The notes under the pieces are model-generated. The model searched no databases, was not told where the DNA came from, and saw only the letters and a program-made list of their open reading frames with translations. From the NCBI RefSeq assembly GCF_006345805.1, contig NW_021823909.1, positions 1 through 20,678 on the forward strand: a DNA stretch of 20,678 nt, given 5' to 3'. The DNA is from Octopus sinensis (taxonomy: Eukaryota). A program made the position numbers and the translations under genes. This document shows positions 18,671 through 20,678 of the stretch, in pieces. Each line of letters opens with the position of its first letter. Position 1 is the stretch's first letter.

Positions 18671-19865
18671 TGTGTCCTTCCTCTTTTAAATACAGTAGGC
18701 TGCAATTTTAGGAAACTCGGTTGCTACTTTCGCTTTCATTTGGCTCATGGAGTTTCTGCTTTTTGTTGTTTGTAACAACCACAAACACCAGAACCAACGC
18801 GTGGCCCTGCAAGCCAAAGAGGGAGCCACTAAGTGGTCATTGGCCTGCGAGAGATAACAGCTAAATATTTCTCAGGTTACATCTCAACGTCTTGAAAAGA
18901 AGAAAAAGCATATTAGATATTGATATTCCTTAAAAGTCGAGATGGCCATAATTAGGACAATTTTGATCACATGACCACAGGATCTGCTTGATAAGGCCTC
19001 AATGTGACCCAGAATCGGTTCTTAACTCTCATATCTAGAACGGTACTTTGATTACGGTATTCGTTCCGAAATATATCAAGCAACATACCCCAGTCCCTGG
19101 TCACAAGCGTCATCTGCTCTGCTAACCTGGTTGATACCGTAATGCCTTAACTCAGGCCCTCCCGACTCATCACAAGTGATTGAAACGAATTTGTTCTGCA
19201 ACTTTTCAGCTCATGGACAGGGGTGGCTTACAGCGTCTTGTCTTACCTTCACAGCCTCAACCTTTGGGACCCTTTAGCTAGTGGCATAGCTAGAGTATAT
19301 GCCACCTAGGGCAGCTCTTATGCAGGCAGACTCAAAAGCGTCGCCCCTTTCCTCCATTCAGCTACACTGCGGCCCTTAATGTACTCCTGGTACCTAATAC
19401 CACTTTCTACTATAGCTCACCTCTCCACTCGTCTCCACAAAAGGGCCTCCAAGAGAATTTTACTAACGTAGAACAAGACTGATTTTGGTGCTCGAAAGTG
19501 AGGGTCGTAGAAAATTTAACGCAGCTGTGAGGTTTAGGGGAGGGGGTTATGATGGAGCCCGTTATATAGTGACGAGGCTCCTCTTTGGTTCTCCAGACGC
19601 TCCGGAACAATGTATCGGTTGACTCCACTCTTCCTCTATTCTGTTTACAAGCCCTGACCACCAGACTAGTCTCCATATAAATCCCTTTGCCAAGTCCTTT
19701 TCTCCGAAATGTATCTCTCTGGAAACACTGTCATCTTAAGGTATGAGCATACTGGGCATTTGTCCAGTTTAGGAGCCAAATTATGATCAGTGCTTGCTAT
19801 CAATAAATACCTTTGCCCCTGAGGGCCTTATGGGTCTAGGGTCCTACTTCTGATATATGTATGCC

Positions 19866-20130
19866 GTAAGTAAAAGTAAAATTTCTTTCTCGAGTCATAC
19901 CGACTCATAAAGGGCCGGTTTCCAGGTTTCCATGGCGTCTATATCCCCACCCTGGATGGGACGCCGGTCCGTCGCAGGGTTATTCCTTTTTGCCAGCTGA
20001 GTGGAACTGGAACAACGTGAAATGAAGTGTTTTGCTCAAAAACACAACGCATCACCCAGTCCAGGAATCGAAACCACAATCTTAAAATCATAAGTCCAAC
20101 ACCCTTAACTACTAAACCTCGCGTCTCCAC
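19866..20130 (-). mobile_element. tRNA-derived SINE family D, apparently full length
   Basis: Minus strand GTGGAGACGCG..., GGTTTCGATTCC B-box, TTGAGCAAAACACTTCATTTCACG, GGCGTCCCATCCAGGG, 3' stem-loop GAGTCGGTATGACTC and TTTTAC-type tail. Confidence 0.85.
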
Positions 20131-20190
20131 TATGTACAATGTACAATATGGCCCCCGCATTAATTTGCCGACGGTGGGTGGATGGGTGGC

Positions 20191-20388
20191 TATAATTCTT
20201 TTCTACTCTAGGCACAGGGCCTGAAATTTTGGGGGAGGAGGCCAGTCGATTATATCGACCCCAGTGCGTAACTGGTACTTATTTAATCGACCCCGAAAGG
20301 ATGAAAAACAAAGTCGACCTCGGCGGAATTTGAACTCACAACGTAACGGCAGACGAAATACCGCAAAGCATTTCGCTCGGTGTGCTAA
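20191..20388 (-). mobile_element. SINE family A (tail type 2), 5'-truncated
   Basis: Reverse complement of B-box GAGTTCAAATTCC, core and tail GCCCTGTGCCTAGAGTAGAAAAGAATTAT. Confidence 0.9.
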
Positions 20389-20609
20389 AGGGTGGCTACA
20401 ATGCTGCTAAGATGACCCTGTCTGGGAATACTCGCCGACATAAATGTTTCCCAGGGGCCGTTAACTTGCATTTACTCCGTCGATGTCGCTGGTATCGGAG
20501 GTCCCACGGGAAGTTTATGGGCTCCGCACCCACCCTCCCTCGAACCACATCATTAAGGGTCTGGTGTGACCTAGGGTTAGGTAACAATTGCAATACCATT
20601 CTACCGTCA

Positions 20610-20678
20610 TACCACCAACACCACCACCATCGACACAGCCATCACAAATGACCACCATCACAGCCATCATTACTAATG
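20610..20678 (+). repeat. Degenerate (CAC/CAT)n tract
   Basis: Read directly. Confidence 0.7.

Overview
Repeat-saturated, non-coding eukaryotic DNA, most likely from an octopod cephalopod (inferred from the SINE families and the very high microsatellite density). I found no intact protein-coding gene, rRNA, true tRNA or CRISPR array. Most ORFs in the track are translations of microsatellites. The window is a nested mosaic of four tRNA-headed SINE families (my labels A-D) and decayed LINE fragments (RTE, RTE-BovB-like, R4/Dong, I-like, CR1/Jockey-like). It also holds a mariner transposase fossil, a complete non-autonomous Helitron, a Merlin-like element with TIRs and an 8-bp TSD, and a pogo/Tigger-like MITE carrying a ~70-bp tandem array. 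Other structures are a 61-bp minisatellite, a near-perfect ~108-bp-arm fold-back palindrome and a minimal hammerhead-like core. All family names come from motif recognition by eye, not database searches.
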